Shown piece by piece: positions 46,907 to 57,388 of a stretch of DNA of 64,000 bases. Position numbers and translations under genes: made by a program. Every line of letters begins with the position of its first letter. The first letter of the stretch is position 1. The stretch is from Corallochytrium limacisporum Hawaii (lineage: Eukaryota; Protista; Pluriformea): positions 62,001 to 126,000 of the forward strand of contig PDIP01000009.1 in assembly GCA_002811645.1 (NCBI GenBank), given 5' to 3'. The notes beneath the pieces are model-generated. The model was not told the origin of the DNA and searched no databases. It saw only the letters and a program-made list of their open reading frames with translations.

Positions 46907-48802
46907 ATGGCAACCACCGCAGCTCCCTGTCCCCCCAGCTATCAGCCGACTGCCCATCCGTCGAATGCCACCGCCACGGTTCCAGGGGATGAAGAGGCAA
47001 AGGCCTGTTCCAACTATAGATTTCTGAAATGTGTTGGCGAGGGTAATTTCGCCAAGGTTTGGATGGCAAGGCATGAAATCACTGACGAGGAGGTTGCAGT
47101 GAAGGTCGTGGAGAAGGCCAAGCTGAGCGCCACAAACGCCAAGTATCTGGCACGTGAAGTTGCGGTTATGAAGCTAGTTAAGCATCCCAACATTGTGCGT
47201 CTCTACGAGGTCATCGAAACGAAGAGTAAATTGATCCTAGTCATGGAGTACTGCCCCAAGGGTGAGATTTTTGACTACGTCGTAGCGCAGGGCAGGCTGC
47301 AGGAGCGAGAGGCCCGCCGTGTCTTTCGCCAACTGCTGTCCGCCATTGCTTACTGCCACAGTCGCAATATTATCCACCGGGATCTAAAGGCAGAGAACCT
47401 GCTCTTGGACGGCAATATGCACATCAAGGTCGCTGATTTTGGATTTGGTCGCACGGTTGAAGAAGGCGACAATGTGCAAACTTCCTGCGGCAGTCCACCC
47501 TACGCGGCCCCAGAAATATTTGCTGGTTCTCGGTATGACGGTCCTGAGGTAGACGTGTGGGCTTGTGGCATCATGCTCTATGTTCTTGTTACCGGCTGTC
47601 TACCGTTTGATGGTGCCAATTTGAGTATTCTGAAACAGCGTGTGACTGTGGGAAAGTTTCGCATCCCTCTGTTCATGAGTGTAGAGTGTGAGCGTCTCAT
47701 CAAGCGGTGTCTGACGGTGGATCGCAAGAAACGTCCAACAATTTTTGATCTGTTGTCAGACCCTTGGATCAACATGGGCTACGAGGATTGCCCCTTGCAG
47801 ATCACTGGATTGGAGGCCCATTCCAAGGATGCACCCCTGGACCGAAGTGTACTGGAGCTCATGGAGTCTATGGGTGTTGTGAGAGCCAGTGTCGAACAGA
47901 GCCTGGAAGAAAATGCATACAACAACCTTACCAGTGCTTACCACCTGCTCAAGGACCGTATCTTGGCCAAGGGTTCTGTCGCCGCAGTCCAGATGGAACT
48001 CATGGACAAGAACGTCATTGCAGGTAATAACAACAACGCCGCCGTTCAGAAAGCCAAGAAAGAGCAGCGTCTCAAATCTGCCCAGATCCGGGTCACCCAA
48101 GACCTTGAGACCGAGACAGACATCCGGCGGATTAGCTTTAATGGTCCGCGCAAGCCCAGCACCTTGTCTGAGGATGTGGCCAACATGCATGTCAGTCATC
48201 CTCCCGCCTCCGCTCAGCAGCAGCAGGGCCAGGCTCAGACAACGACTGGAAGTGGTGGCTTGAAACAGCGCATTATGGCCCAGAAGCTGGACCGTCTGAG
48301 GAATCTTGCTCCCTTCAGCCGTCGCAAGAGCTCCACGGTCGAGCCAGACCCACCGGCTTCACCCATGAGCAGTGGTACAGCTTCAAAGAGTCCACTCGGG
48401 CACGAGCTGCGCGCCTCGATGGGCAGCCGTCAGTCGCTGTTGGTGCCGGGTTCGCCCGTTCAGGAGCACGCAGCATCAAGATCATCACTGTCTCCAATGC
48501 TCGGGCGAAAGGCCAATGCTACTGAACGTACAAAGTTTGCTGCCGCGTCTGTGACTTCAAAGAAGAGCGAGGTTGATGTCCGTGCTCAGGTTGTCAAAGC
48601 GCTCAACAAACATAATATGACTTTTGACTTGGCATCCGATGGAAAGTCCTACAGTTGCCGAGTGGAGAAGTGTGATTTTGACATCAAGATCATCACTCTG
48701 AACGCCCTGAGCCTGGTTATGGTACAGTTCAAACGAACTCGTGGTGAGGCCTTTGTCTACAAGCAGGTAGTAGAGAACCTGGTGGGCTCGTTGCGTCTCT
48801 AA
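46907..48802 (+). CDS. MARK: MARK/PAR-1 family Ser/Thr kinase
   Basis: GEGNFAKV, VAVK, HRDLKAEN, DFG, TSCGSPPYAAPE, YDGPEVDVW; UBA-like region and C-terminal KA1 (VQFKRTRGEAFVYKQ). Confidence 0.9.
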   Translation: MATTAAPCPPSYQPTAHPSNATATVPGDEEAKACSNYRFLKCVGEGNFAKVWMARHEITDEEVAVKVVEKAKLSATNAKYLAREVAVMKLVKHPNIVRLYEVIETKSKLILVMEYCPKGEIFDYVVAQGRLQEREARRVFRQLLSAIAYCHSRNIIHRDLKAENLLLDGNMHIKVADFGFGRTVEEGDNVQTSCGSPPYAAPEIFAGSRYDGPEVDVWACGIMLYVLVTGCLPFDGANLSILKQRVTVGKFRIPLFMSVECERLIKRCLTVDRKKRPTIFDLLSDPWINMGYEDCPLQITGLEAHSKDAPLDRSVLELMESMGVVRASVEQSLEENAYNNLTSAYHLLKDRILAKGSVAAVQMELMDKNVIAGNNNNAAVQKAKKEQRLKSAQIRVTQDLETETDIRRISFNGPRKPSTLSEDVANMHVSHPPASAQQQQGQAQTTTGSGGLKQRIMAQKLDRLRNLAPFSRRKSSTVEPDPPASPMSSGTASKSPLGHELRASMGSRQSLLVPGSPVQEHAASRSSLSPMLGRKANATERTKFAAASVTSKKSEVDVRAQVVKALNKHNMTFDLASDGKSYSCRVEKCDFDIKIITLNALSLVMVQFKRTRGEAFVYKQVVENLVGSLRL

Positions 48803-50212
48803 CGATACGCAGGGCACCTTGGGCATAGCCATCAGCTTGGGCATAGTATGAAATTAGTACGCTGGACGGAGCGTTTGTGTGGTGACTCGACATGAAAAAA
48901 ATCGATGTGGGTGGTGTCCGTAAAGGGACCATCATCAAGTAGTCATCATCGTCAGTGTTGCGTGGTCTCACAAACACCTCTGTCCTCATAATAATCACCA
49001 GACAAATTCGAACATAACACATTGAAAAACAAATACAGCACCAGTGGATAAATAGTCCCTACGACATCTTGTACTATCATGTACTTCACCGAACAGAGAT
49101 GTGGCGGACCATGGGGTGGGATGTTCGTCGTTTTCTGTAGATTCTGGGTGGTGCAGCGATTGCTTTACAAGACCAGCACACGGAGAGATGGAGGGGTTCA
49201 GAACACGGGGGGAGGGGGGGGAAGGGGGAATGGACCTTTGTAACCTGTGTTGAAATATATATTTCAAATCAAATAATTGGGGGTCTATTTATGTGGCTGA
49301 GCAGAAGGAAAGTTTTTTCTGCTGAAGTTCTTCCTGCTTTTCTTCGGAAGCGGGTTACTACTTATTCTATGGGACGTGGCTTCGATGCCCACCCAAGACT
49401 GGAACTTCTCCCTTCCCTGTCAGAAAGCAGACAGCCATCCGGGTTCACCACCGCGCCACACTACTCACGCACACCGTAACAGGACCACAGTTATGTACGA
49501 AACACCACTCGCAGTCCCATTCTTCACATATGCTCAGGATGGGGTCGGGTTGGAATGGGACCTCTAAAGGGCTGGGAAAGGATTCCGTAAACCTCAACCG
49601 AACAGCCCCATGCGTACGCGTAAAGGCAAAACAAAACTGGCCCAACTCTTTTTGGCGAAGTGAAATCTGATCAATGGAACCGACGGCGGAAAAAAAAATA
49701 CTCCTTCCTTTGTTCAATTGTCTATAGCGGGGCATCCATTCTGTCCCCTTCCTTTTTTTCTTATTCTTCCTCTTTCTCATCGCTCTGCTACGAAAGAAAA
49801 ACAAACACCCCTTCCTCGGGGCCTCTTCTTTCAGGCACCCGAAACGCAGTAGCCGACTTACCCCGTGTGATTTAATTTGGTCACTAAAAAACCTCAATGC
49901 CGTCGAGTGTTTCACACGCACACGGTAGCGCAGGTCGCACATCCAAACAAGAAGAATTTCCAACGATACTCTCTGGGTGCAAAATTTAAGGAACGAAGAT
50001 GGCACAATGGATTATCAAACTGGGGGCGGGGGCACATTTTCAGAGAGCGTCAATCGAGCCAGCCATCAGCGGTGCCAGTAGTACCTAGCAGTGACCCGCT
50101 TTTCGTGGTGGTGGTGGTGGGGGGGACGTGGTAGGGGGAAGGGGGAGGTTGTCGAGTACTAAAAGCCCGCAAGTCTCTCGGAAGGTCTAGCAACGCCGCA
50201 CCTTCTGGTGCG

Positions 50213-50544
50213 GAGGCCTGGCCGAAAGCGGTACCGGCCAAGAACACGGCGTGCGCGGTAGTCCCTCTCGAACTTGTGGAAGGAAGGGCTGTGTGGCAGC
50301 TCTTGTCGTGCTTTTGGCCAGCACCCATGCCGTTTGTGTTGATTCCATTCTGACCATTCCCAAGTACCAGTGGTAGAGTCTTTTGTATATATTGTCGTGC
50401 TATCGTGGACTTTGTCGTCCCTTTCGTCACGCTCCTCACCGCTCTCGAGTTTGACCGCGTTGTAACTCTACACAGAAGGGGTCTCTTACACTTTGTCACT
50501 TGAGTGAGACACCAGCCGCTCCGTAGATCACCAACTGCTCTTCG
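50213..50544. repeat. Chimeric local duplication: inverted copy of 51113-51347 fused to a direct copy of 52861-52935
   Basis: Manual alignment: 50213-50469 is the reverse complement of part of the RWA CDS (about 7 substitutions, 7 insertions, 1 deletion); 50470-50544 matches 52861-52935 at 71/75. Confidence 0.95.
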
Positions 50545-50987
50545 GCTTCTGGTAAGGTCATCCAGCCACGCAGTGTCCCTCTTTGGTCGCCTCCGGCAAT
50601 TTTAGCAAACACACACATGCCCTCTCTCTCTTCTGTAGTTCACAAGGCCAATTTGTTTCAACTTGCGATGAAGGGGGGCGCACAAGCGGAGAAAATGAAG
50701 GTAACTCAATGAACCAAAATGGGCGCAGCCTTGGGAGACCAAATACGGTTTCATGGGGGCCGCGGGCGGGGGAGGGGCCAGATCCCGTCCACGAACCCAA
50801 TATTCAGCTTGGGACTGCCAACATGTTGGCCACAACACTTTCTCTGCCAGGGAGCGCCTGTGAGAAAAGGTATTGGAATGAATCGGCGTTTTGTTAGGTA
50901 ATGGATGGAAACACAGGGTGAGACAGACGAACGGGGAACCTAGGCACCGAATCTTCATGGAGCGGTGGAAAGACTGACCAGTAAATC

Positions 50988-52574
50988 ATGTTGACCGCAT
51001 TGCAAGCCGGAACGCTTGTGTTCTGGCTCGTCTTTGAGGTCTATGGACTCTTAGAATACAACTCTATATTACACATCCTGTCCCGAATCGGTAGCAGAAA
51101 ATGTTTCACCACAGAGTACGACGCGGTCAAACTCGAGAGCGGTGAGGAGGGTGACGAAAGGGCCGACAAAGACCACGATAGCAACGACGATATATACAAA
51201 GACTCTACTGGGAATGGTCAGAATGGAATCAACACAAACGGCATGGGTGCTGGCCAAAAGGACGACAGAGCTGCCACACAGCCCTTCCACAAGTTCGAGA
51301 GGACTACCGCGCATGCCGTGTTCTTGGCCGGTACCGCTTTCGGCCTCATAATTATTTATATGTACCTATGCGAAATTGCCGAAATCTGGCCTTCGGGAGA
51401 GCGTACGTACAACCGTGACCAGTTCATATTCTTGGTTTTCGTAATTGGTATTGTCGCCGTTCTGACTGCCAAACGGGACCGCAAGGATATTATTCTCAAC
51501 CGTGCGCAGACTGAAGAGTGGAAGGGATGGATGCAGATCCTCTTTGTCTTCTACCACTATTTCCGAGCTGCTGAAACATACAACTTCATCCGTGTGTTTA
51601 TTGCAGCCTATGTATTCATGACGGGCTTTGGAAATTTTAGTTACTTTTGGGTGCGGGAAGATTACAGTGTGCGGCGCATGATCAAGAGCCTGTTCCGTCT
51701 GAACTTTATGGTCATCTTCGTCTGCATTGCCACGGAGAATGAGTACATGCTGTACTACATTTGTCCCATGCATACGTTCTGGTACCTCTATGTGCATGCC
51801 TTCTTTGCCATCAAGTCGAGCTGGAATAAGAACTCAAAGCTTATGGCAGTTAAGTTTGTGCTGGCACTGCTCTTTGTGGTGGTGATCTGGGAATCTCCAG
51901 GTCTGGTGGAGGTCCTGTTCTACCCGCTGAAGCCTATTCTTGGCTTCCAAGACTCCATGCATGAGTGGGCTTTCCGTTCTGGGTTGGACCGTTATGCACC
52001 ATGGTTTGGTATGCTTTGTGCCTACAACTACCCACAGTACGAGGCCATGTTGCGAGGCTGGGAGAAGCCGGACAATCCCTTGGGTAAGGTGTACAAGATG
52101 ATTAGTGTTGTAGTCTGCGTGATTGCCTTTTTGATCTGGCTGTTTGTGATCGAGCGGCGAGATAAGTTTGACTACAATTCTTTACATCCTTATACGAGCT
52201 GGATCCCCCTGGTTGTGTACATTCACCTGCGCAACGTGTCACAGGAAGCCCGCTACTACCACAGCGCTCTGCTCCGCTGGCTGGGTCGCATCACGCTGGA
52301 GACGTATCTGGGCCAACTTCACATTTATATGCAGGCCAACGCCAAAGAGCTTATTGTCTACATTCCCGATTACCCCCTGATGAACTTTGTGCTCAACTCG
52401 GCCATTTATATTTACCTGAGCTACCGAGCGTTCCAAGCCACCAACACCATCAGTAACTACATTTTCCATCCGGACAACGACATGAAGTTCATTCTCACTC
52501 ACTTGGGTGTACCGATTGCCTGCCTGTTTGCTGCACTCCCGCTTGGAACGATATTACTCAACCTTGGGACGTGA
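50988..52574 (+). CDS. Cas1p/RWA-type membrane O-acetyltransferase (Cas1_AcylT domain only)
   Basis: LNRAQTEEWKGWMQ, YHY, FMTGFGNF, FRLNF, YYICPMHT, LDRY, ITLETYLGQLHI; in-frame TAA immediately upstream. Confidence 0.92.
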   Translation: MLTALQAGTLVFWLVFEVYGLLEYNSILHILSRIGSRKCFTTEYDAVKLESGEEGDERADKDHDSNDDIYKDSTGNGQNGINTNGMGAGQKDDRAATQPFHKFERTTAHAVFLAGTAFGLIIIYMYLCEIAEIWPSGERTYNRDQFIFLVFVIGIVAVLTAKRDRKDIILNRAQTEEWKGWMQILFVFYHYFRAAETYNFIRVFIAAYVFMTGFGNFSYFWVREDYSVRRMIKSLFRLNFMVIFVCIATENEYMLYYICPMHTFWYLYVHAFFAIKSSWNKNSKLMAVKFVLALLFVVVIWESPGLVEVLFYPLKPILGFQDSMHEWAFRSGLDRYAPWFGMLCAYNYPQYEAMLRGWEKPDNPLGKVYKMISVVVCVIAFLIWLFVIERRDKFDYNSLHPYTSWIPLVVYIHLRNVSQEARYYHSALLRWLGRITLETYLGQLHIYMQANAKELIVYIPDYPLMNFVLNSAIYIYLSYRAFQATNTISNYIFHPDNDMKFILTHLGVPIACLFAALPLGTILLNLGT

Positions 52575-52876
52575 CACGGACAATAGGGGCATATTGAAAA
52601 ACGTTTAAAGTGATTGGGATTTGGGGCAGAAGTAAGGCCTTTGCAGCATTGCTAGTTAACTCTCACAGGCACACAACCGCTTAGATATGCACGACTTGCT
52701 CCCGTGCATGCCATCTAAAGTTGTACTCAATAGATAGAAATACGCCATGCAATCCACGCCTTGCCTTGCAGGGCCGTTGTATTCAATTTCTGTGACCTGA
52801 AAAGGATTTGTGGTTCCAAAGACATGCCAAACTGACTATGGGAGCTTAGTAGTCAAGCGCACACAGAAGGGGGCTC

Positions 52877-55800
52877 TTACAATTTGTCACTTGAGTGAGA
52901 CACCAGCCGCTCCGTAGATCGCCATCTGCTCTTCGATGGACGTAACATCTCGTCCAGGTCATCTGACCACTTAACCTCTCCGACTGGTTCTGCCTCCTGA
53001 CCAACGTAGCCAGCGTATATATCAACGGGCTCAGCCTCCTTGTCATTCAATGCGATGTCCTCAAGTTCTTGCTGCAGAACCTCGTCCTCATGGATTGATG
53101 TCGAACGGAGTCGCTCCATTTTGCCAGCATCAAGCACCTGCTCCATGAGCTTCGGTCTGCGATAGATACCTTCTTCTCCGAAGCTTGCATGCATGACACT
53201 CGCACTCGATGTCTCCAAGCGATACAGAATACGTGTGATACGGAAGATGACTTCGTGAACTGTTTCACAGGGAGGGAATTCAACCTCACGCGATGCTACA
53301 TGAGCGTGTAGCTGGGTCCTTTCAGGTGAGTACCGCACAATGATGCGTTCGAGATCCCTCTTCTTTCTGACACTGATTGGCAGGTGTGCAGAACCCGTGC
53401 ACATGATAACAAACCGCCGCAGATCGGTGCTCCTGGTGGCGTCAGAAGTGAAGACCCGCTTCACTAGGTTCAGCATTTCATTGTCGGCATCATTGAATTC
53501 CTCAAAGTCAATAAATTCCAAAAGTCCGTGGCCATCGACATGCTGATCACCGCAACTTAGCAACATGACATCCAGTGTGTTGAGACTGTGCTCTTCTGCC
53601 AGCTTCATGAAGATACCCTCGGAGTAGAACCCTTCGCGCAATGCGCGCATTTGCTGCGCCCGGCAGCGATACAAAGACTCCAACCATTTCTTTGTGAAGC
53701 GATCCAGGTTATGGGTCCCTTCCCGTCCTCGTCTAGGGGCACTGCTGGCTCTCGTATGACTGGCTGTTCCCCTAAGATTGCTATCCCCTCCTTCCTCCAT
53801 GGATGACATCTCAAAAACGGGTAGAAGGTCCCGATTTACGCTGATTGATGACGCTGACAAAGGGTCAAACAAGCTGAAGTCTTCAAAGGACGGATTTTGG
53901 CCCAAGAAGTAGCGGTAGATCATCGGGGCCAAGGGAGCGGCAATGCAAACGTCGTAAATCATGGCATGGAGCAACAATGCACCAATCGTACGGAAATCGT
54001 CCAGGTTCTGGTTGTCTTCAGCAGGCAGATAGTATGTTGCCTTGCGCTCGAATAACCCATAGCGTGGGTCGACCATTTGTGTAAAGAACTTCTCAAGTAC
54101 TCTGCCCATCTGTCCATCAGCATCGCGGTATCCAGTAATGCGGACAGGTATCTTCACCGATTTGACGTGCTGGAACGCAACGAGAAGTTGAGGTACCAAT
54201 TCTTCACCGTCCAGTTCCACCAAAAGTTCTTCATTTTTACACCGCAGGTTCTGAAGACTCCGCCGTGCTTGGAAGATTCGCTCATCTGCAGTCTCCAGTG
54301 CAGTTACGAAGACCTGAGTGTCCACATGAACCTCCCGAGGCAAGGAGAAGTAGGCAGAGTGCAGGACGTCGCTGACGCTGGACAGGCTGTTGTCGATACA
54401 CACCTCCCGTAGTACCTCCTTTGCGTTTTCATCAGTCAGTGCATTTAGGTCCTTCGGAACAGCCTGACAATACAAATCCTTTGTGAGTAGCTGGTACAGA
54501 ATTAGCATGGCTCCACGAATGTCCTGCTGACGTCCTTCCTCAGGGTCAATGTCCTCTGCCTTGCCCAAATTTGTCAGCCTAGGAGATCCGTCCTTGTCCA
54601 TCAGGACTTGATCCAAGAGCAATTTGCCGTGGAAGATGCCACGCGCGTGAAGGTATCCAAGGCCATTGAGAATGCACCGCACAATGCTACAGACCTTTTC
54701 AGAGTCCATGTCTCTGTCCCGCTCGACATACTCCCGCAACGTCCCTCCCTCGCAGTAGGGCATCTCAACATAGACGTAGTTGTCATCATAGAAGAATCCG
54801 TTGATGCCAACCACATGAGGATGGCTGAACTGTCTGGGAAGCAGAATCTCACTCTGTGCTAGTTTTTTCTCATCACGCTTCAAGCGCTTGATGATGACAA
54901 GATGCTGCTCATCATGAGACACATGCTTGCGCCGCATGAGGTAGATAGTCCGCCGGGGGTCCGCATTTGGTATCTGCTTGAGTTCCTCGTAGTCATCCAC
55001 AATGTTTCTGGTAAGGTATGCACCACTGTTGATCAAATTGACCATATCCGGATCTTGACCTCGACTTCCGTGGGTCATTGCGCTGGCCTGTGCAGCCTTC
55101 TCTGGGTAGTGTACGCCTCCCTCTGTGATGATCGTCGTGAGTACACAACGTCTCTGGTTCGTCACCTGTTTGAGCTGTTGCTTCGCTTTAACTAGTTTCT
55201 GCCTTGCTGCGGAGGCCTCGGCATCGTTCTCAATCAAATCATCGTGCATCTGCTGCTTCCATCCCCGACGATTCAGCAGAGAATTGAAGCTCATTTCAAG
55301 GCTTGTGATTGACTTGCGCTCCTTCTCAATCTGAGTGCCGAGTTGTTGCACTTCCTTAAACCGAGTTGAAAGAGTCTTCTGGAGCTCGGACCTGCCATTG
55401 ATCTGCCGATATTTCATTCTCCACAGGTCATACAAAGTGATGAGGCCGATGACAATCAATTCAATCATGCCCCCGTTGTCCATCACGGGCTTCACACTGC
55501 GGAGCAGAACAACGGACTCGTCCTGGGCTTCTCGTAGGCGGTAGTGCATTACCGGAGTGTCTAGCGCTTCCCCGAGGAACTTCACTTGATTCGAAGGACT
55601 TAACCAGTTGACGTATCCATACAAAATATGGCAGGATTCGTACAGAGAAGACAAAAGACCACGCTTCTCTCTTACAGAAATCATGAGTTGGCTCAGCTCT
55701 TCCAGGTGATCTTCGAGGATAGTGGTGTAGTCCTTCAGAGCCCTGTTTCGTTCCTTCAGTACTTTGTCAAGCTTCCCCCCGGCTTGTAGCCCGTCCCGTT

Positions 55801-57388
55801 GAACCAGATCTCCGACAGCGGAAAACGCATTATGAGTCCTTTGTTCTGCCACGTTTTGCTCCTCCTGCACTTTCTCAGTGATGTGGTAAAGCGAACCCAT
55901 AGTCTGACGATACTGCGAGAATAGGGCACGAATGGAATTGATTTGCGCTTTGAGAATGAGCGTTGGTCCATCTGATACCAAAGCATTTGAATAGCGCATT
56001 AGCATGTGCTCAGTATCTTCAGTTTCGCGCAGCTCTTCCATGATTCTGTGGTCCTCCTGTTCCCGTATTTCCTCCTTGGCAGATTCGAGCTCTGATTCTG
56101 TGTGCTGCGTATGTTCCGCATGCTCCGATTCGGATGGCATACTTTGCCTGCTCATCTCCATGTCCGGTTGAGGATCGGAGTCCGCGGCCAAGGACGAGTC
56201 AACCAACCGGCCATCTTCAGTGGAGCGGAAGCTGGCACGTCTAATTCGGTCTGCATGTGATTGACTGTGATGAGTGCCGCCAGCAAGATTGTTCAACAGC
56301 TCTTCAGTTGCATCCTGTAGGAGCTGCGCCAAATACTTCATGACAGTTGTCGGTCCCTTCTTAACCTTCGGTGCAATGTCTGCACTCCAGGGATTGCCAT
56401 TCAAATGCAATGTGGTCAATTTACTACACCGAGCTAGGGTGTACGGCAGATCGGTAAGGTTATTATGATTCACCGCGAGCAGCACCAAAGAACGGAGATT
56501 ACCAATTTCGTCAGGTAGCTCCTGCAGCTGATTGTGCGCCAAATTAAGCATGCTTAAGTTCTCGAGATTCCCCAGTTCTACGGGAACTTTCGTTAGATTG
56601 TTGCGCTTCAAATGCAAGACTGTGAGTGTCTGCATTGATCCAATGCTGTCGTCAATGACACCGCCCAGCTCATTCCGGCCCAAACCAAGGACAGAAATAG
56701 ATGGGAAATTCAAAGCCCCTGACTCGATCACGCTAGCCCCATTGCCTTCAATCCACAAGTTCTGAAGGCTTGTCAAACGACTCATCCATGCTGGAATTGT
56801 AGTGATGCTGTTGTCATCCAGCCACAACTCCTGTAGCTCATTCAAATTTCCCAGTCCCTCAGGTAGACTTTCCAGGTCATTGTCATACAGCCATACAATG
56901 CGCAGCTCAACAAGATTACCCATGGACTCCGGCAATGTTGTCAAATTATTTCTGTGCAACCAAAGCTCACGAAGGTTAACGAGCTGTCCAATGTTTTCGG
57001 GCAGTTTTGTGAGCTGGTTCTGGCCAAGTCCAAGGACTGTTAATTCCGTGAGGTCACATACTTCGTCTGGTAACTCCTTGAGAGCGTTCTCGGACAATGA
57101 AAGAATTTGCAGATTCTTCAAGAAACCTAATTCTTTTGGCAGCCGTTCCAGGCGGTTGTGAACCACTGAAATTTTTTCTAATTGTGTTGCGGCCTCTAAG
57201 AATTCCTTGGGGATCTCTGTGATGTAGTTTCGGTTGAAAGCAAACGAGATTATGCGACTTGCAATGGAGCCACTGCCGCTACCACGTACAGTCAACTCAA
57301 CTGGGATACCTCGTAATGAGAGCTCCGATAAATCCAGAGTACCGCCGACGTCTGCGGCTTTCAGCCGGTACTGGACCTCTGCGTCCAT
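52877..57388 (-). CDS. LRR + coiled coil + pseudokinase + HECT-like multidomain protein
   Basis: About 13 LRRs ending LHLNGNP; kinase fold (VIIK, HPHVV, VEMPYCEGGTL, GLGYLH); HECT motifs (FFTQMVDPRYGLF, FRTIGALL, FDP, ALREGF, CTGSAHLP). Confidence 0.8.
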   Translation of the reverse strand: MDAEVQYRLKAADVGGTLDLSELSLRGIPVELTVRGSGSGSIASRIISFAFNRNYITEIPKEFLEAATQLEKISVVHNRLERLPKELGFLKNLQILSLSENALKELPDEVCDLTELTVLGLGQNQLTKLPENIGQLVNLRELWLHRNNLTTLPESMGNLVELRIVWLYDNDLESLPEGLGNLNELQELWLDDNSITTIPAWMSRLTSLQNLWIEGNGASVIESGALNFPSISVLGLGRNELGGVIDDSIGSMQTLTVLHLKRNNLTKVPVELGNLENLSMLNLAHNQLQELPDEIGNLRSLVLLAVNHNNLTDLPYTLARCSKLTTLHLNGNPWSADIAPKVKKGPTTVMKYLAQLLQDATEELLNNLAGGTHHSQSHADRIRRASFRSTEDGRLVDSSLAADSDPQPDMEMSRQSMPSESEHAEHTQHTESELESAKEEIREQEDHRIMEELRETEDTEHMLMRYSNALVSDGPTLILKAQINSIRALFSQYRQTMGSLYHITEKVQEEQNVAEQRTHNAFSAVGDLVQRDGLQAGGKLDKVLKERNRALKDYTTILEDHLEELSQLMISVREKRGLLSSLYESCHILYGYVNWLSPSNQVKFLGEALDTPVMHYRLREAQDESVVLLRSVKPVMDNGGMIELIVIGLITLYDLWRMKYRQINGRSELQKTLSTRFKEVQQLGTQIEKERKSITSLEMSFNSLLNRRGWKQQMHDDLIENDAEASAARQKLVKAKQQLKQVTNQRRCVLTTIITEGGVHYPEKAAQASAMTHGSRGQDPDMVNLINSGAYLTRNIVDDYEELKQIPNADPRRTIYLMRRKHVSHDEQHLVIIKRLKRDEKKLAQSEILLPRQFSHPHVVGINGFFYDDNYVYVEMPYCEGGTLREYVERDRDMDSEKVCSIVRCILNGLGYLHARGIFHGKLLLDQVLMDKDGSPRLTNLGKAEDIDPEEGRQQDIRGAMLILYQLLTKDLYCQAVPKDLNALTDENAKEVLREVCIDNSLSSVSDVLHSAYFSLPREVHVDTQVFVTALETADERIFQARRSLQNLRCKNEELLVELDGEELVPQLLVAFQHVKSVKIPVRITGYRDADGQMGRVLEKFFTQMVDPRYGLFERKATYYLPAEDNQNLDDFRTIGALLLHAMIYDVCIAAPLAPMIYRYFLGQNPSFEDFSLFDPLSASSISVNRDLLPVFEMSSMEEGGDSNLRGTASHTRASSAPRRGREGTHNLDRFTKKWLESLYRCRAQQMRALREGFYSEGIFMKLAEEHSLNTLDVMLLSCGDQHVDGHGLLEFIDFEEFNDADNEMLNLVKRVFTSDATRSTDLRRFVIMCTGSAHLPISVRKKRDLERIIVRYSPERTQLHAHVASREVEFPPCETVHEVIFRITRILYRLETSSASVMHASFGEEGIYRRPKLMEQVLDAGKMERLRSTSIHEDEVLQQELEDIALNDKEAEPVDIYAGYVGQEAEPVGEVKWSDDLDEMLRPSKSRWRSTERLVSHSSDKL

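Noticed and set aside
49400-50030. HPG, KSDQ and AHPN..QR integrase-like words
   Set aside because: Order is plausible but the matches are too weak to list as a feature.
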